A DNA stretch of 63,457 nt, filler included, from Myxococcota bacterium (GCA_023150835.1; 3 parts of 3 records of this genome joined end to end with filler, not necessarily neighbours in it), one strand, 5' to 3'; counted from the whole stretch's first letter, positions 36,440 to 47,004 are shown. Notes: generated by a model from the sequence alone, not told the origin. A program made the numbers and translations.

Positions 36440-37765
36440 GTGGCCTTAGAACAAGCAGAGGTGTATGCGCGCCGACGTGCGCGTGCGATGGAGAGGATGG
36501 GAGCAGGAAGCGTGGGGATCTGGATGGCTCCGCCCGAACGGGTCCGAAACCACGATGTCGATCATCCTTACCGCCAAACGTCCGAACTGTTGTACCTCAG
36601 CGGCTGCGCTGAACCCGAAGCTGTCCTTGTGCTTTGCCCCGATCTTTCCGAAGGAGAACGCAGTATCCTTTTTGTCCGTCCACGCGACACCGAACGCGAG
36701 ATCTGGTATGGCCGACGACTCGGACCCGCTCGCGCCCGCGAATACTACGGCGTGGACACCACTTATGATATCAACGAGATCGATCAGGTGATCTTGACGC
36801 TGCTTGGCGGTGCAGAGCGCTTGTTCTTGCGTATGGGCCTTGAACCCGCACAAGATCAACGCGCACTCAAATGGCTCGAACAAGTCAAACGCAAACGCCG
36901 CAACGGTGTGATCACACCCTCTCAGATCATCGATCCCGCCCAGATACTCGATGAGATGCGCCTGATCAAAGATCCCACCGAGATGACTTGGATGCGCAAA
37001 GCCGCAGCGATCAACATCGCTGCCCACCGCGCCGCCATGTCCGCCGCTCAACCCGAGATGTACGAATATGAACTCGCAGCCCTCTTGCATTACCACTACA
37101 GCCGCCAAGGATGCACAGGCACCGCTTACCAAAGCATCGTCGGTGGCGGAGACAACGCCACCATCCTGCATTACACCGAAAATCAAGACCCGCTCAAAGA
37201 CGGTGAGCTGGTTCTGATCGACGCGGGCTGCGAGTGGAATTATTATGCTTCGGATATCACGCGCACCTTTCCTGTCAATGGCCGATTTTCCCCGCAGCAA
37301 CGCGATGTTTACACCATCGTCCTCAATGCCCTCGACGCCGCCATCGCTCAGTGCAAACCCGGAAACCGCATCCAAGATGTCCATGAAGCTGCATTACGCC
37401 GACTCACCGAAGGTCTCGTCGCTTTGCGCGTCCTCGAAGGCGATATCGACGAACTGATCGTCGCACGCGCTTATGAAACCTTCTATATGCACCGTACCTC
37501 CCATTGGCTCGGCCTCGATGTGCACGATGCTGGCGGATACCACGACGCCCAAGGCCGCCCCCGCATCCTCCGCCCCGGCATGGTCCTCACCGTCGAACCC
37601 GGCCTCTACTTTCACGCCTACCACAACGTCACCACCGCCGATCCCTTCCAAGGCATCGGCATCCGCATCGAAGACAACATCTTGATCACCGAAAACGGAT
37701 ACGAAAACCTCACCCTTCATACTCCCCGCACACCCGACGAGATCGAAGCCGCCTGCACTTCCTAA
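36440..37765 (+). CDS. pepP: Xaa-Pro aminopeptidase
   Basis: LHY, LIDAG, YASDITRTFP, HWLGLDVHD, TVEPGLY, GIRIEDNI; GTG start after agaaggag. Confidence 0.93.
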   Translation: MALEQAEVYARRRARAMERMGAGSVGIWMAPPERVRNHDVDHPYRQTSELLYLSGCAEPEAVLVLCPDLSEGERSILFVRPRDTEREIWYGRRLGPARAREYYGVDTTYDINEIDQVILTLLGGAERLFLRMGLEPAQDQRALKWLEQVKRKRRNGVITPSQIIDPAQILDEMRLIKDPTEMTWMRKAAAINIAAHRAAMSAAQPEMYEYELAALLHYHYSRQGCTGTAYQSIVGGGDNATILHYTENQDPLKDGELVLIDAGCEWNYYASDITRTFPVNGRFSPQQRDVYTIVLNALDAAIAQCKPGNRIQDVHEAALRRLTEGLVALRVLEGDIDELIVARAYETFYMHRTSHWLGLDVHDAGGYHDAQGRPRILRPGMVLTVEPGLYFHAYHNVTTADPFQGIGIRIEDNILITENGYENLTLHTPRTPDEIEAACTS

Positions 37766-38235
37766 GAGGGTATCTCGCTCTCCTGTTCGTCTGGGCGTTC
37801 ACCCGACAAAAGCCCCGAATCCTCGACATCTTGAGCGGTGAGCCTTGTCGGTCGCTCTTCTTTTAACAAGGCACGCACTTTGACCAACAACATCCCGATG
37901 TTGACGTTCTGGTTCGCCACAACAGCGAGAACAAGGCGCGGAGAGTGTTGCAGCTTCCCAAAGTAATGCACGAGGTGCTTCGAATAAAACAAGATCTCCT
38001 TAAAGTAAGGTTCTTTTTGATCTCCGCGTCGGGCATGAAAGATATCTTCGATCGCTCGGATGTTGGGGCCCTCAAACAGATCGCGTGTGGTATTCCCCAG
38101 TCCCGAAAGATCCGTCAGCCCTTGTGCATCCGCACTCTCCGACCCAAACGATTCGCCTGTGTCGATATCCACCAACCCCACACCCACAAGCTCCGGCAAT
38201 TCCGATACCGCACGCTCTAACAAATGATTTCTCAT
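37762..38235 (-). CDS. Hypothetical protein, roadblock/LC7-like fold
   Basis: GVGLVDIDTGE...N.GMLL pattern typical of small roadblock-like proteins. Confidence 0.6.
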   Translation of the reverse strand: MRNHLLERAVSELPELVGVGLVDIDTGESFGSESADAQGLTDLSGLGNTTRDLFEGPNIRAIEDIFHARRGDQKEPYFKEILFYSKHLVHYFGKLQHSPRLVLAVVANQNVNIGMLLVKVRALLKEERPTRLTAQDVEDSGLLSGERPDEQESEIPS

Positions 38236-38348
38236 ACCAAAACCTATTATCCAACAGCCCTCCGCACAACGGATGGATTCTCCGATGAAGCCTTCACACA
38301 AAACGTTTGGCGGACAGACCCCCTAGCACACATACCCATCCCCACCGA

Positions 38349-39248
38349 TTAAGCAAGAAGCATCGAGCGAAACCACCGATGCAACGGCGCATTCGTCAAG
38401 CGCTCTGGCCAAAACATCGCGATCGATATCGCAGGAACCTCGACAGGAAGCGGCCTCGACAACAACGGCGCATAAACGCACATACGCTCCACGAGGCGGC
38501 GCGGGATCGTCGCGATCATATCGGAATCTTGGAGCGTCATCCATTGAAGGATGTAGCTTTGCACAACAAGACCCACATGGCGCGGCGGAGCATCAGCCTC
38601 TTTTAAACTGTCATCCACAGGCGACGACGGTGTACCACGCACCCTGACGTTGATGTGCGGATAATGCAGATAATCCTCAAGCGCCAACGATGCTTTTTCG
38701 GAAAGCGGATGCCCTGAACGAAACACGCAGACATACTCGTCCTCAAACACTTTTCGTTGCATCAGACTCCCTCCGTCTTTGAGGGTGCCTCCAAAAAAGA
38801 CATCCACCTCGCCGCTCTCCAACAGATCGGCTCGCCGAAAATCAAGGTGCAAGACACGTACAGACATCAACGGAGCCTCCCGCTGTATCCGCTGCAAACG
38901 CTCCAACAAAAAGACCGTCGAGACATAATCCGAAGCACGGATCTCAAACGTCTCTCGCACCCGAGCAGGATCAAACTGCGCAGGAGCGATCAGCTCCTCC
39001 CCCGCTTGAAACATCCGCTGCAACGGCGCAAACAGATCTTCGGCTCGTGGAGTCGGCAACAGCCCGTTGGAGGTTCGCACAAACAGCGGATCTTGAAAAA
39101 CCGTTCGCAAATGCCCTAACAACCGACTTGTTGCCGACTGGCTCAGCCCCAAACGCTCCGAAGCTCGGGTTAAGTTGCGTTCCTCTAACAACAGTTGCAG
39201 CGCCCTTAATTCCCGAAAACTCAACTGCTCGATTTGCGTTTTTTGCAT
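38349..39248 (-). CDS. LysR family transcriptional regulator
   Basis: NLTRASERLGLSQSATS HTH, FQDPLFVRT..GLLPT; divergent from the 39450 gene. Confidence 0.92.
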   Translation of the reverse strand: MQKTQIEQLSFRELRALQLLLEERNLTRASERLGLSQSATSRLLGHLRTVFQDPLFVRTSNGLLPTPRAEDLFAPLQRMFQAGEELIAPAQFDPARVRETFEIRASDYVSTVFLLERLQRIQREAPLMSVRVLHLDFRRADLLESGEVDVFFGGTLKDGGSLMQRKVFEDEYVCVFRSGHPLSEKASLALEDYLHYPHINVRVRGTPSSPVDDSLKEADAPPRHVGLVVQSYILQWMTLQDSDMIATIPRRLVERMCVYAPLLSRPLPVEVPAISIAMFWPERLTNAPLHRWFRSMLLA

Positions 39249-39449
39249 ACCAGCTTCCCTCTTTTTGCATTGGACACCCCTCCCTCCGTGTTGTATTCCT
39301 AAGCACAAGAAAGTCAACAAACGCTCCTTTCACCGAGCCTTATCAAACACCCGCCTCGGCGGTTCGATTCGTTGTGCCTGTGCGCGCAATCACAACGATC
39401 CGCCCCACCATGCCACTCTTTCCCCCAACACAACGGAGAAACCAACGTT

Positions 39450-41159
39450 ATGCAAACACGTACCCTTCCACAGAAAAGAACATATCTGCTTCTCGCCCGA
39501 TGGTCCTTGATAGCCTGTTTGGTGTTATTCACCGCTGCTTGTGCAGGTCCAGCCGGACCCAAAGGCGACGCTGGCCCCAAAGGTGACACCGGAGCCGCAG
39601 GCGCAAAAGGTGACGCAGGCGCAAAAGGCGATGCAGGCGCAAAAGGCGATGCAGGCGCAAAAGGCGATGCAGGTGCAAAAGGCGATGCAGGTGCAAAAGG
39701 CGATGCAGGCTCCCCCGGTCTATCGGGCATCCCGGGTCTCCCGACAACGCCGTCTTGGTCGGCAAGCCACGAGATCCAACTACCGGGCGAGCGATTTTAT
39801 CCCGAAGGGATCGCCATCTCGTCCGATGGTACGGTGTACGTCGGAAGCATCGCGACAGGTGAGATCCTCCGCCAGTCACCCACACAACGCAAACCAGAAA
39901 CCTTCGTCGCAAGCGGCGGCGATATCGTCCAAGCTGTCGGCCTTTTGGTGGATGAACCTCGCAAGATCCTGTGGGTTTGCTCGGCGGATCTCTCCAACGC
40001 CCAACCCCCCCGCATCGTCGCTGTGGATCAAACAACAGGACAAGTCCGCGCCAAACACAATATGACGGGATTCTGCAACGACTTGACCTTGGACAACAAC
40101 GGCAACCTCTACGCCACCAACTCCTTCGGATCGCAGATCTACCGCGTCCCCGCTGCCCAAGCCCTGCAAAACAACAGCGCCACCGTCTGGAAAACAGATC
40201 CGCTGTTTGCCATCGACAAACAAGGCGACTTTGGCCTGAACGGTATCGTATACAACGGCAAAGACGCCCTTTACACGGTGCATACAGCACGCGGAACGCT
40301 TTTGCGTATCCCCATCCAAAACGATGGAAGCGCCGGAACAGTCGCAAAGATCACTCTCAGCCGCTCTCTCGTCGCAGGCGATGGGTTGAAGATGATCAAC
40401 GACACCACCCTTGTGGTGGCTGAAAACTTCGCCGATCGCCTCAGTGCGATCACCCTCAATGGCAACCAAGGCACCGTTCGCGTCTTGTCTTCGCGCCTCG
40501 ATAAGCCCACCACCTTCGCCGTCTATGCAGGTAGCGCGTGGGTGGTCGAAGGCCAACTCGATCACCTTGTCGGTGCAGATCCCAATCCTCCGAGCTTGCC
40601 GTTCTTGATCCGACGGGTCGATCTGCCCTTTGTGATGCCTTTGTCCTCCTTCGACATGATCGGGCGTTGGAAAAGTGAATCCTGCGAAACCCTCCAAGCC
40701 AACGGCCAAACCAACTACCTCACCCGCGACTTTATCGTGAGCGATCGCCGCTGGTGGCTCGAATTCACCATCCACGCCGACAAAGACTGTAAAAACCCCT
40801 TGTTCTCTTCCCGTATCAACGGCCCTTACACGCTGCTCGGTTTCTCCAAAGACGTCCCCGACGCAACCCAAGGCAACTTCTCTTATACCTCGATCCAATT
40901 CATCGCACACACCGAAGACTTCGCCAAAACCTTCACCCAAAGCCAATGCGGTACAAAACCTTGGGCCGTCGGCGTCCCCCAAGAAGTCGGTGGCACAGGA
41001 TGTATCGGTGTGGCTCCCAAGATCGCTGACTGCCCGACCGATCACGACATCGTCAAGATCGAAGGGGATAAGCTCTTCTTCGGCACTCGCGAAACCGATA
41101 TGTGCAAACCCGAAGGCCGCCCCAAAAAACTCAATGTCCCCGTCATCCGCGAAAAATAG
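39450..41159 (+). CDS. Lipoprotein with collagen-like repeats, SMP-30/gluconolactonase-like propeller and APCDD1-like domain
   Basis: TAAC lipobox; (GAKGDA)n; FYPEGIA, CNDLTLD..GNLY, GLNGI, GDGL; GRWKSESCE..YLTRDF..DKDCKNP. Confidence 0.75.
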   Translation: MQTRTLPQKRTYLLLARWSLIACLVLFTAACAGPAGPKGDAGPKGDTGAAGAKGDAGAKGDAGAKGDAGAKGDAGAKGDAGAKGDAGSPGLSGIPGLPTTPSWSASHEIQLPGERFYPEGIAISSDGTVYVGSIATGEILRQSPTQRKPETFVASGGDIVQAVGLLVDEPRKILWVCSADLSNAQPPRIVAVDQTTGQVRAKHNMTGFCNDLTLDNNGNLYATNSFGSQIYRVPAAQALQNNSATVWKTDPLFAIDKQGDFGLNGIVYNGKDALYTVHTARGTLLRIPIQNDGSAGTVAKITLSRSLVAGDGLKMINDTTLVVAENFADRLSAITLNGNQGTVRVLSSRLDKPTTFAVYAGSAWVVEGQLDHLVGADPNPPSLPFLIRRVDLPFVMPLSSFDMIGRWKSESCETLQANGQTNYLTRDFIVSDRRWWLEFTIHADKDCKNPLFSSRINGPYTLLGFSKDVPDATQGNFSYTSIQFIAHTEDFAKTFTQSQCGTKPWAVGVPQEVGGTGCIGVAPKIADCPTDHDIVKIEGDKLFFGTRETDMCKPEGRPKKLNVPVIREK

Positions 41160-41191
41160 AAGAGATCAGCCACATCATCCGATGGTTTTGG

Positions 41192-41467
41192 TGGGGCGTT
41201 GCCCCATAGGCGTTAGGTGAAGCGGAGGAAAGCCCCCCACCCCGCCCTCCCCCGTGAACAGGGGAGGGAGCGAAAGTCGAAAGCATCGGGGATTTTGTTT
41301 TTTCATGACGCACGCTGTATGCACCAAATGCAGACGCTGCCCGTTCCAACTTCCCCCCGTTGGCCGGGGGGATTGAGGGGGGGAGAAAAAAAAGGCGATC
41401 AAGACCGACTCTACGAGGTTTCCACCTTAACAAGGCGCCTATGGGGCGTTGCCCCATACGCGCCTTG
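41192..41467 (+). repeat. Dispersed repeat family C (full copy, multiple GC hairpins)
   Basis: Bounded by tggggcgttgccccata at both ends; homologous to both window ends. Confidence 0.85.
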
Positions 41468-41558
41468 CGAACATTTGATCCAACTAATTGGACGTCATTT
41501 TTACGAAGAATTTGATTTTGTTGAAAAAAATCTCACACAACAACAGAATTCGCTCATG

Positions 41559-41657
41559 GGCATCCTCCTTTGCACAAAAAAATGCACTCGATAGGATGTC
41601 GGCATCCTCCTTTGCACAAAAAAATACACTCGGTAGGATGTCGGCATCCTCCTTTGC
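41559..41657. repeat. 42-bp tandem repeat (about 2.4 copies) upstream of the mmsA promoter
   Basis: ggcatcctcctttgcacaaaaaaatRcactcgRtaggatgtc twice plus a partial copy. Confidence 0.9.
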
Positions 41658-41729
41658 CAAGAAGCAGCCCGATCAAAAGACTTCGATCCTCCATCGACGG
41701 ACTCTTTCGACAGCACACACACAGCAGGC

Positions 41730-41759
41730 TTGCGTTTTTTGCGGATGGCGTTCTATACT
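41730..41759 (+). promoter_or_regulatory. Putative sigma70 promoter of the pyrimidine catabolism cluster
   Basis: TTGCGT-N18-TATACT upstream of SD aaggag. Confidence 0.5.
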
Positions 41760-41802
41760 TCGCCTCTTCGCCTGATTTCCCTAGAGCGAAAGGAGAGCCA
41801 AG

Positions 41803-43284
41803 GTGTTCACCATCAAAAATTATGATTTCCAGACCGTCGAAGATGTCAAAAACTGGATCGGGGGCCAATGGGTCGATGCTGCGTCAGGAGCGCGATTGGA
41901 AGTGACCAACCCGCGACATGGCAAAGTGATGACGCACGTTGCTTTGAGCGCGGCCTCGGATGTGGATGCTGCTGTTCAAGCGGCAAAAGCCGCATTTCCG
42001 GGATGGAAAGCCACCCCGATGAAAGAGCGCGCCCAAGTCTTGTACCGCGCCAAGGCCATTATGGAACGCGACGCACGCGATCTCGCATGGCTGATCTCCC
42101 ACGAAAACGGCAAAACCTTTGAAGAAGGTCTCGCCAGTGTCGCCAAAGCCGTTGAATGCCTCGAATTTGGTTGCTCTTTGCCCAACATCCAAACAGGCGG
42201 GATCTCGTTTGTCAGCCGAGGGATTACTTGTGAGACGCACTACGAACCGCTCGGTGTCTGCGCAGGGGTCGTGCCGTTCAACTTTCCGATGATGGTGCCG
42301 ATGTGGATGCTTCCCCAAGCCCTCGTCGCAGGCAACTCCTTTGTGCTCAAACCCTCCGAACAAGTGCCGATCGGTGCAAGTATGTTGGCGCGGATCTTCC
42401 GCGAAGCCGGACTCCCCGATGGAGTCTTAAACGTCGTCAACGGCGCAAAAGAAGTCGTCGAAGCCCTTTGCGATCACCCCGAGATCAAAGCGATGGCTTT
42501 TGTGGGTTCGACCAAGGTGGCCAAACTGCTCTATACACGGGGCGCACAGACAGGCCGTCGGATGCTTTGCCTTGGCGGTGCGAAAAACCATCTGATCGTC
42601 GTCCCCGATGCCGAAGTCGAGATGACCTCGGTGGATATCCTGCGTTCCTTTACGGGCGTCTCAGGGCAACGCTGCATGGCGGCATCGGCCATGATCGCGG
42701 TCGGTGATGTGCAACACATCATCGATGCTGTGGTTGCCAAAGCGCGGGCGCTCAAACTGGGCGAAGAGATGGGGCCGATCGTCAGCGCAACAAGCCTCAA
42801 GCGCATACACGGCTACATCGAACAAACCGAAAAACTCGGCGGAAAGATCTTGCTCGATGGGCGTGGAGCCACCGTGACAGGCGCAGAAGGCGGCCACTGG
42901 CTCGCTCCCACCATCCTCGAAGTCACTGCCGAGATGCCCGCCTACCGCGACGAGATCTTTGGGCCGATCCTCAGCATCGTGCGCACCAAAACCCTCGACG
43001 AAGCTCTCCACCTTCAAAACACCCACGAATACGCCAACGGCGGCTCGATCTACACCACCACAGGCTCGACAGCGCGCTACGCTTCAAGCCGCATCAATGC
43101 AGGGATGTGCGGGATCAACATCGGTGTACCTGTGCCACGCGAACCCTATTCTTTCGGTGGATGGGACAACAGCAAGTTTGGGCACGGCGATATCACCGGC
43201 ATCGACGGCTATTATTTCTGGACCAAACCGCGCAAGATCACAACCAAGTGGGCGCTTCAACCCGACGCCACTTGGATGAGCTAA
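41803..43284 (+). CDS. mmsA: CoA-acylating (methyl)malonate-semialdehyde dehydrogenase
   Basis: PFNFP, KPSEQ, FVGS, GGAKNH, GQRCMA, EIFGP, GINIGVPVP..SFGGW. Confidence 0.92.
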   Translation: MFTIKNYDFQTVEDVKNWIGGQWVDAASGARLEVTNPRHGKVMTHVALSAASDVDAAVQAAKAAFPGWKATPMKERAQVLYRAKAIMERDARDLAWLISHENGKTFEEGLASVAKAVECLEFGCSLPNIQTGGISFVSRGITCETHYEPLGVCAGVVPFNFPMMVPMWMLPQALVAGNSFVLKPSEQVPIGASMLARIFREAGLPDGVLNVVNGAKEVVEALCDHPEIKAMAFVGSTKVAKLLYTRGAQTGRRMLCLGGAKNHLIVVPDAEVEMTSVDILRSFTGVSGQRCMAASAMIAVGDVQHIIDAVVAKARALKLGEEMGPIVSATSLKRIHGYIEQTEKLGGKILLDGRGATVTGAEGGHWLAPTILEVTAEMPAYRDEIFGPILSIVRTKTLDEALHLQNTHEYANGGSIYTTTGSTARYASSRINAGMCGINIGVPVPREPYSFGGWDNSKFGHGDITGIDGYYFWTKPRKITTKWALQPDATWMS

Positions 43285-43296
43285 GGAGCCGACATC

Positions 43297-44619
43297 ATGG
43301 ACAGCCAAACAATGGTCGAATGGTGTAAAAAATACACCCTGTATTCGTGGTCTGCGACCGGAAAAGTCGATCCCACCCCTGTTTCCCGCGCTGAAGGCAT
43401 CTACTTCTGGACCCCCGAAGGCAAGCGCTTTATCGATTTCAACAGCCAACTGATGAGCGTCAACATCGGACACAGCCATCCCAAAGTCGTCGCCGCCATG
43501 AAAGCCGCGATGGATCGGGTGTTGTTTGTCCACCCCGGAACCGCCACCGAAGCCCGCGCTCGCTTGGGCAAAAAGATCGCCGATCTGATGCCCGGCAACC
43601 TCAACACCTCCTTCTTTACACTCGGTGGGGCCGAAGCCAACGAAAATGCCATCCGCGCTGCTCGCCTCTACACGGGACGACACAAACTGATCAGTCGCTA
43701 CCGCAGCTATCATGGCGGAACCAACGCCACCATGCAGCTTACGGGCGACCCCCGACGTTGGCCCAACGAACCCGGGATGCCGGGCGTGATCCACGTCATG
43801 GACCCCCACCCGTACAACTATTCCTTCGGCAAAACCGACGCCGAGATCACCCGCGAAAACCTCAAATACCTCGAAGAGATCATCGCTTACGAAGGCCCTC
43901 ACACCATCGCTGCGATGTTTATCGAGACCGTCACAGGCACCAACGGCATCCTCGCTCCCCCCGAAGGCTACCTCCAAGGTCTTCACGCTCTCTTGAAAAA
44001 ACACGGGATCTTGTTGGTTTGCGACGAGGTGATGGCGGGTTGGGGACGCACAGGCAAGCTCTTTGCGTTCCAACATGGCGATATCATCCCCGATATCGTG
44101 ACAATGGCCAAAGGGCTTACCAGCTCCTATACCCCCCTTGGCTGTATGGTGGTCAGCGACCCGATCGCCGAACACTTCCGTGAAAACGTGTTTTGGGGTG
44201 GACTCACTTACAACGCCCATCCCTTTTTGTTGGAAACTGCGCTCGCTGTGATCGAGGTCTTTGAAGAAGAAGGCATGCTCGAAAACGCCGAACGCATGGG
44301 CCGTGTGATGCGCGCTGAGATGGATCGCCTCAAGATCAAACATCCCTCCGTCAAAGAAGGCCGATGTATCGGTCTATTTGGGATCATCGATCTTCAAAAG
44401 AACCGACAAGGCGATCCGATGGCCCCCTTCAACGGCTCCAGCCCCGCCATGCAAGCGATCTCCAAGTTCTTCCACCAAGAAGGTCTCTTCACTTTCCTGC
44501 GCTTCGGCGGATTTATGTGCAACCCTCCCCTTTGCATCACCGAAGAACAACTCCACGAAGCCTTCGCGATCATCGATCGTGGCCTCGATATCACCGACCG
44601 CTACGTCGAAGACGCCTGA
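43297..44619 (+). CDS. Class III PLP aminotransferase (probable beta-alanine aminotransferase)
   Basis: SYHG, DEVMAGWGRTG, MAKG; substrate inferred from gene context. Confidence 0.88.
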   Translation: MDSQTMVEWCKKYTLYSWSATGKVDPTPVSRAEGIYFWTPEGKRFIDFNSQLMSVNIGHSHPKVVAAMKAAMDRVLFVHPGTATEARARLGKKIADLMPGNLNTSFFTLGGAEANENAIRAARLYTGRHKLISRYRSYHGGTNATMQLTGDPRRWPNEPGMPGVIHVMDPHPYNYSFGKTDAEITRENLKYLEEIIAYEGPHTIAAMFIETVTGTNGILAPPEGYLQGLHALLKKHGILLVCDEVMAGWGRTGKLFAFQHGDIIPDIVTMAKGLTSSYTPLGCMVVSDPIAEHFRENVFWGGLTYNAHPFLLETALAVIEVFEEEGMLENAERMGRVMRAEMDRLKIKHPSVKEGRCIGLFGIIDLQKNRQGDPMAPFNGSSPAMQAISKFFHQEGLFTFLRFGGFMCNPPLCITEEQLHEAFAIIDRGLDITDRYVEDA

Positions 44620-44693
44620 TACGACATCCGCACCACCGCAACGTCCGATCGTGTGGGTGTTGGCGGACACGAGATCCGTTGTGTGCGCTAACA

Positions 44694-44783
44694 CGTAGGG
44701 GCAGCCCCCTGTGGCTGCCCTATTACAGGGCGTCTACCGCCGATCGCACCTACCCTTCGCACACATATCTCGGATTATCGTAT
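44694..44783 (+). repeat. REP-like family A element
   Basis: Core GTAGGGGCAGCCCCCTGTGGCTGCCC plus gggcgtctac. Confidence 0.8.
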
Positions 44784-44889
44784 GATCCTCGAAGACGCCT
44801 GAGCCTTCACCGCACCACCAACATCCGAGCAAAACAGACCCGATATCTTTGGCCTCCAAACCATCCCACCAAACCAGAGGGGTTTTCTC

Positions 44890-46659
44890 GTGGCGAAGCT
44901 ACACGCAGAACACGACATTTACGAACTGACCGAGACTTCCGACCTTGATCCCGCCCTAAGCAACGAAGATCTCTTGCCCACCGCCCTTGCTCATCGCTCG
45001 TGGAATCTTTGGCACCTTGCTTCTCTTTGGGTGGGGATGGCTGTTTGCGTCCCCACCTATATGCTTGCTTCCAACATGATCCTCGGCGGCCTTTCTTGGA
45101 AAGAAGCGCTGATGATGATCTTACTTGGCAACGTGATCGTCGCGATCCCGATGGTCTTTAACGGCCATGCAGGCACCAAGTACGGCATCCCTTTTCCTGT
45201 ACTCGGGCGCGCATCCTTCGGATACAACGGGATCCATATCCCAAGCGTCTTGCGTGCCATCGTGGCGTGCGGCTGGTTTGGCATCCAAACATGGCTCGGT
45301 GGACTCGCCATGATCGCGATCTTTGCGGTCATCGCAGGGAAACCCGCATGGAACCAATCTTGGAACGCTCAATTTGTCGGATTCATGGTCTTTTGGGGCA
45401 TCCAGATGTTTTTTGTCTGGAAAGGAACGGAAAGCATCAAGTGGCTTGAGACCTTGTCGGCTCCCTTGCTGATCTTGATCGGCTTGGGGATGTTGTATTG
45501 GGGCATCAGCAACGGCGGGGGGTTCGCCAAAGTCCTCTCTTCCTCCGAAGTCTTCCGCGAAGCCAGCGTCGTCTTTGTCAAAGAAAAAGCCGGTGCCACC
45601 TCGGCGCATCTGCGTTTGCTTGCCGGAAAAGACGGGAAGATCCGCGCCCACGCCTACCGCGCAAAACTGCTCACAAAAGCCGAAACCACCGACGAAGACA
45701 AATGGAAAGCCGCCCTCAGCAAAACGCCCTTTTTGCCGCTCTCTTCCAAGCAAATCCAGTTCTCCGCCGCCCTGTCCAAAAACGCCACCACCCTCGCCAT
45801 CCAGTTTCAAGGCACAAACCAAAAGCACCTGAGTTCGGTCGTGATCGCTCCTTTGTATGCAGCCTTCCCCGCCAAAAACACACAAACGCCCCTTTCCACC
45901 TATCTTTTTTGGTTGACGGCGATGGTGGCTTTTTGGGCCACCCTCGCTCTCAATATCCCCGATATCACACGCTACGCCACCTCCCAAAAAGACCAGATCG
46001 TCGGGCAGTTCTTGGGCCTTCCCACCACGATGGTCTTGTATTCTTTTATCGGTGTCGCCGTCACTTGCGCAGCGATCTTGATCTTCGACGATATCTTGAT
46101 CGCCTCCGATGCACCGTGGGATCCTGTGCGCTTGCTTGCTCGCCTCGAAGACAAGCCCTTTCTGCTCATCCTCTCGCAGTTTGCGATCATCCTTGCCACG
46201 CTCTCAACCAACATCGCCGCCAACATCATCTCCCCCGCCAACTCCTTTGCCAACCTCTGGCCTCAACGCATCACCTTCCGAATCGGCGGTCTGTTGGCCG
46301 GGATTATCGGTATCTTGATCATGCCTTGGAAACTCCTTGGCGTAATCGTCGGCTTCTTGCTTACCTACGGCGCACTTCTCGGACCCGTGATCGCTATCCT
46401 TCTTGCCGACTATTTCTTCCTCCGCAAAAAACAACTCGCCCTCGATGAACTCTACAAAAAAACGGGCCGCTATCACTACATCCAAGGTTTTAATCCCCAC
46501 GCCTTGATCGCCCTCGCTCTCGGTATCGCCTTCGTCCTCGTCGGATACTCCGTCCCCTCCCTCAAGATCCTCTACGACACAGGCTGGTTCTCTGGCTTCT
46601 TCTTCTCTTTTGTCGTATACATCGGCCTGATGAAAGCACGCCACAACGCCCCTGCCTGA
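44890..46659 (+). CDS. NCS1 family nucleobase:cation symporter
   Basis: LWVGM, GTKYGIPFPV..RASFG, GWFGIQ, TLALNIPDITRY, TNIAAN. Confidence 0.92.
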   Translation: MAKLHAEHDIYELTETSDLDPALSNEDLLPTALAHRSWNLWHLASLWVGMAVCVPTYMLASNMILGGLSWKEALMMILLGNVIVAIPMVFNGHAGTKYGIPFPVLGRASFGYNGIHIPSVLRAIVACGWFGIQTWLGGLAMIAIFAVIAGKPAWNQSWNAQFVGFMVFWGIQMFFVWKGTESIKWLETLSAPLLILIGLGMLYWGISNGGGFAKVLSSSEVFREASVVFVKEKAGATSAHLRLLAGKDGKIRAHAYRAKLLTKAETTDEDKWKAALSKTPFLPLSSKQIQFSAALSKNATTLAIQFQGTNQKHLSSVVIAPLYAAFPAKNTQTPLSTYLFWLTAMVAFWATLALNIPDITRYATSQKDQIVGQFLGLPTTMVLYSFIGVAVTCAAILIFDDILIASDAPWDPVRLLARLEDKPFLLILSQFAIILATLSTNIAANIISPANSFANLWPQRITFRIGGLLAGIIGILIMPWKLLGVIVGFLLTYGALLGPVIAILLADYFFLRKKQLALDELYKKTGRYHYIQGFNPHALIALALGIAFVLVGYSVPSLKILYDTGWFSGFFFSFVVYIGLMKARHNAPA

Positions 46660-46730
46660 TCCAACACTTGATAAAACCGACACTTTTTTTATACCCGCTA
46701 CTTTACAATTTTGTTCCTCAGATGCTCATC

Positions 46731-46839
46731 AAATCCGCCTGTTGAGTGATCGTAAAAACGTAGGGGCAGCCCCCTGTGGCTGCCCAAGAATCGGGCGTCT
46801 GTGTACTCTCTTACGATCACAGATCATTCGGATTTCGTA
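46731..46839 (+). repeat. REP-like family A element
   Basis: Core GTAGGGGCAGCCCCCTGTGGCTGCCC starting at 46760. Confidence 0.82.
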
Positions 46840-46940
46840 GGAGTACCTCGCCCCATCAAGCAACACCCTGATCGGTCGCCACTCTCCTGAAGAGATGCGT
46901 ACACGAAACATTGTCGCGATTCGCTGTGATTCTTGCTTTT

Positions 46941-47004
46941 TCCGTGCTTTCCGTGTTTTGCGAAGCGCGCAACTCCCGTTGGTCGTTGTCCGTGGACTCT
47001 TTTT
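46941..47004 (+). repeat. Repeat family D
   Basis: ttccgtgttttRcgaagcgYgcaactcccgttggtcgttgtccgtggactct shared with 58760-58821. Confidence 0.8.

Noticed and set aside
41559-41657. 42-bp repeats as a mini-CRISPR
   Set aside because: Units are contiguous with no spacers.
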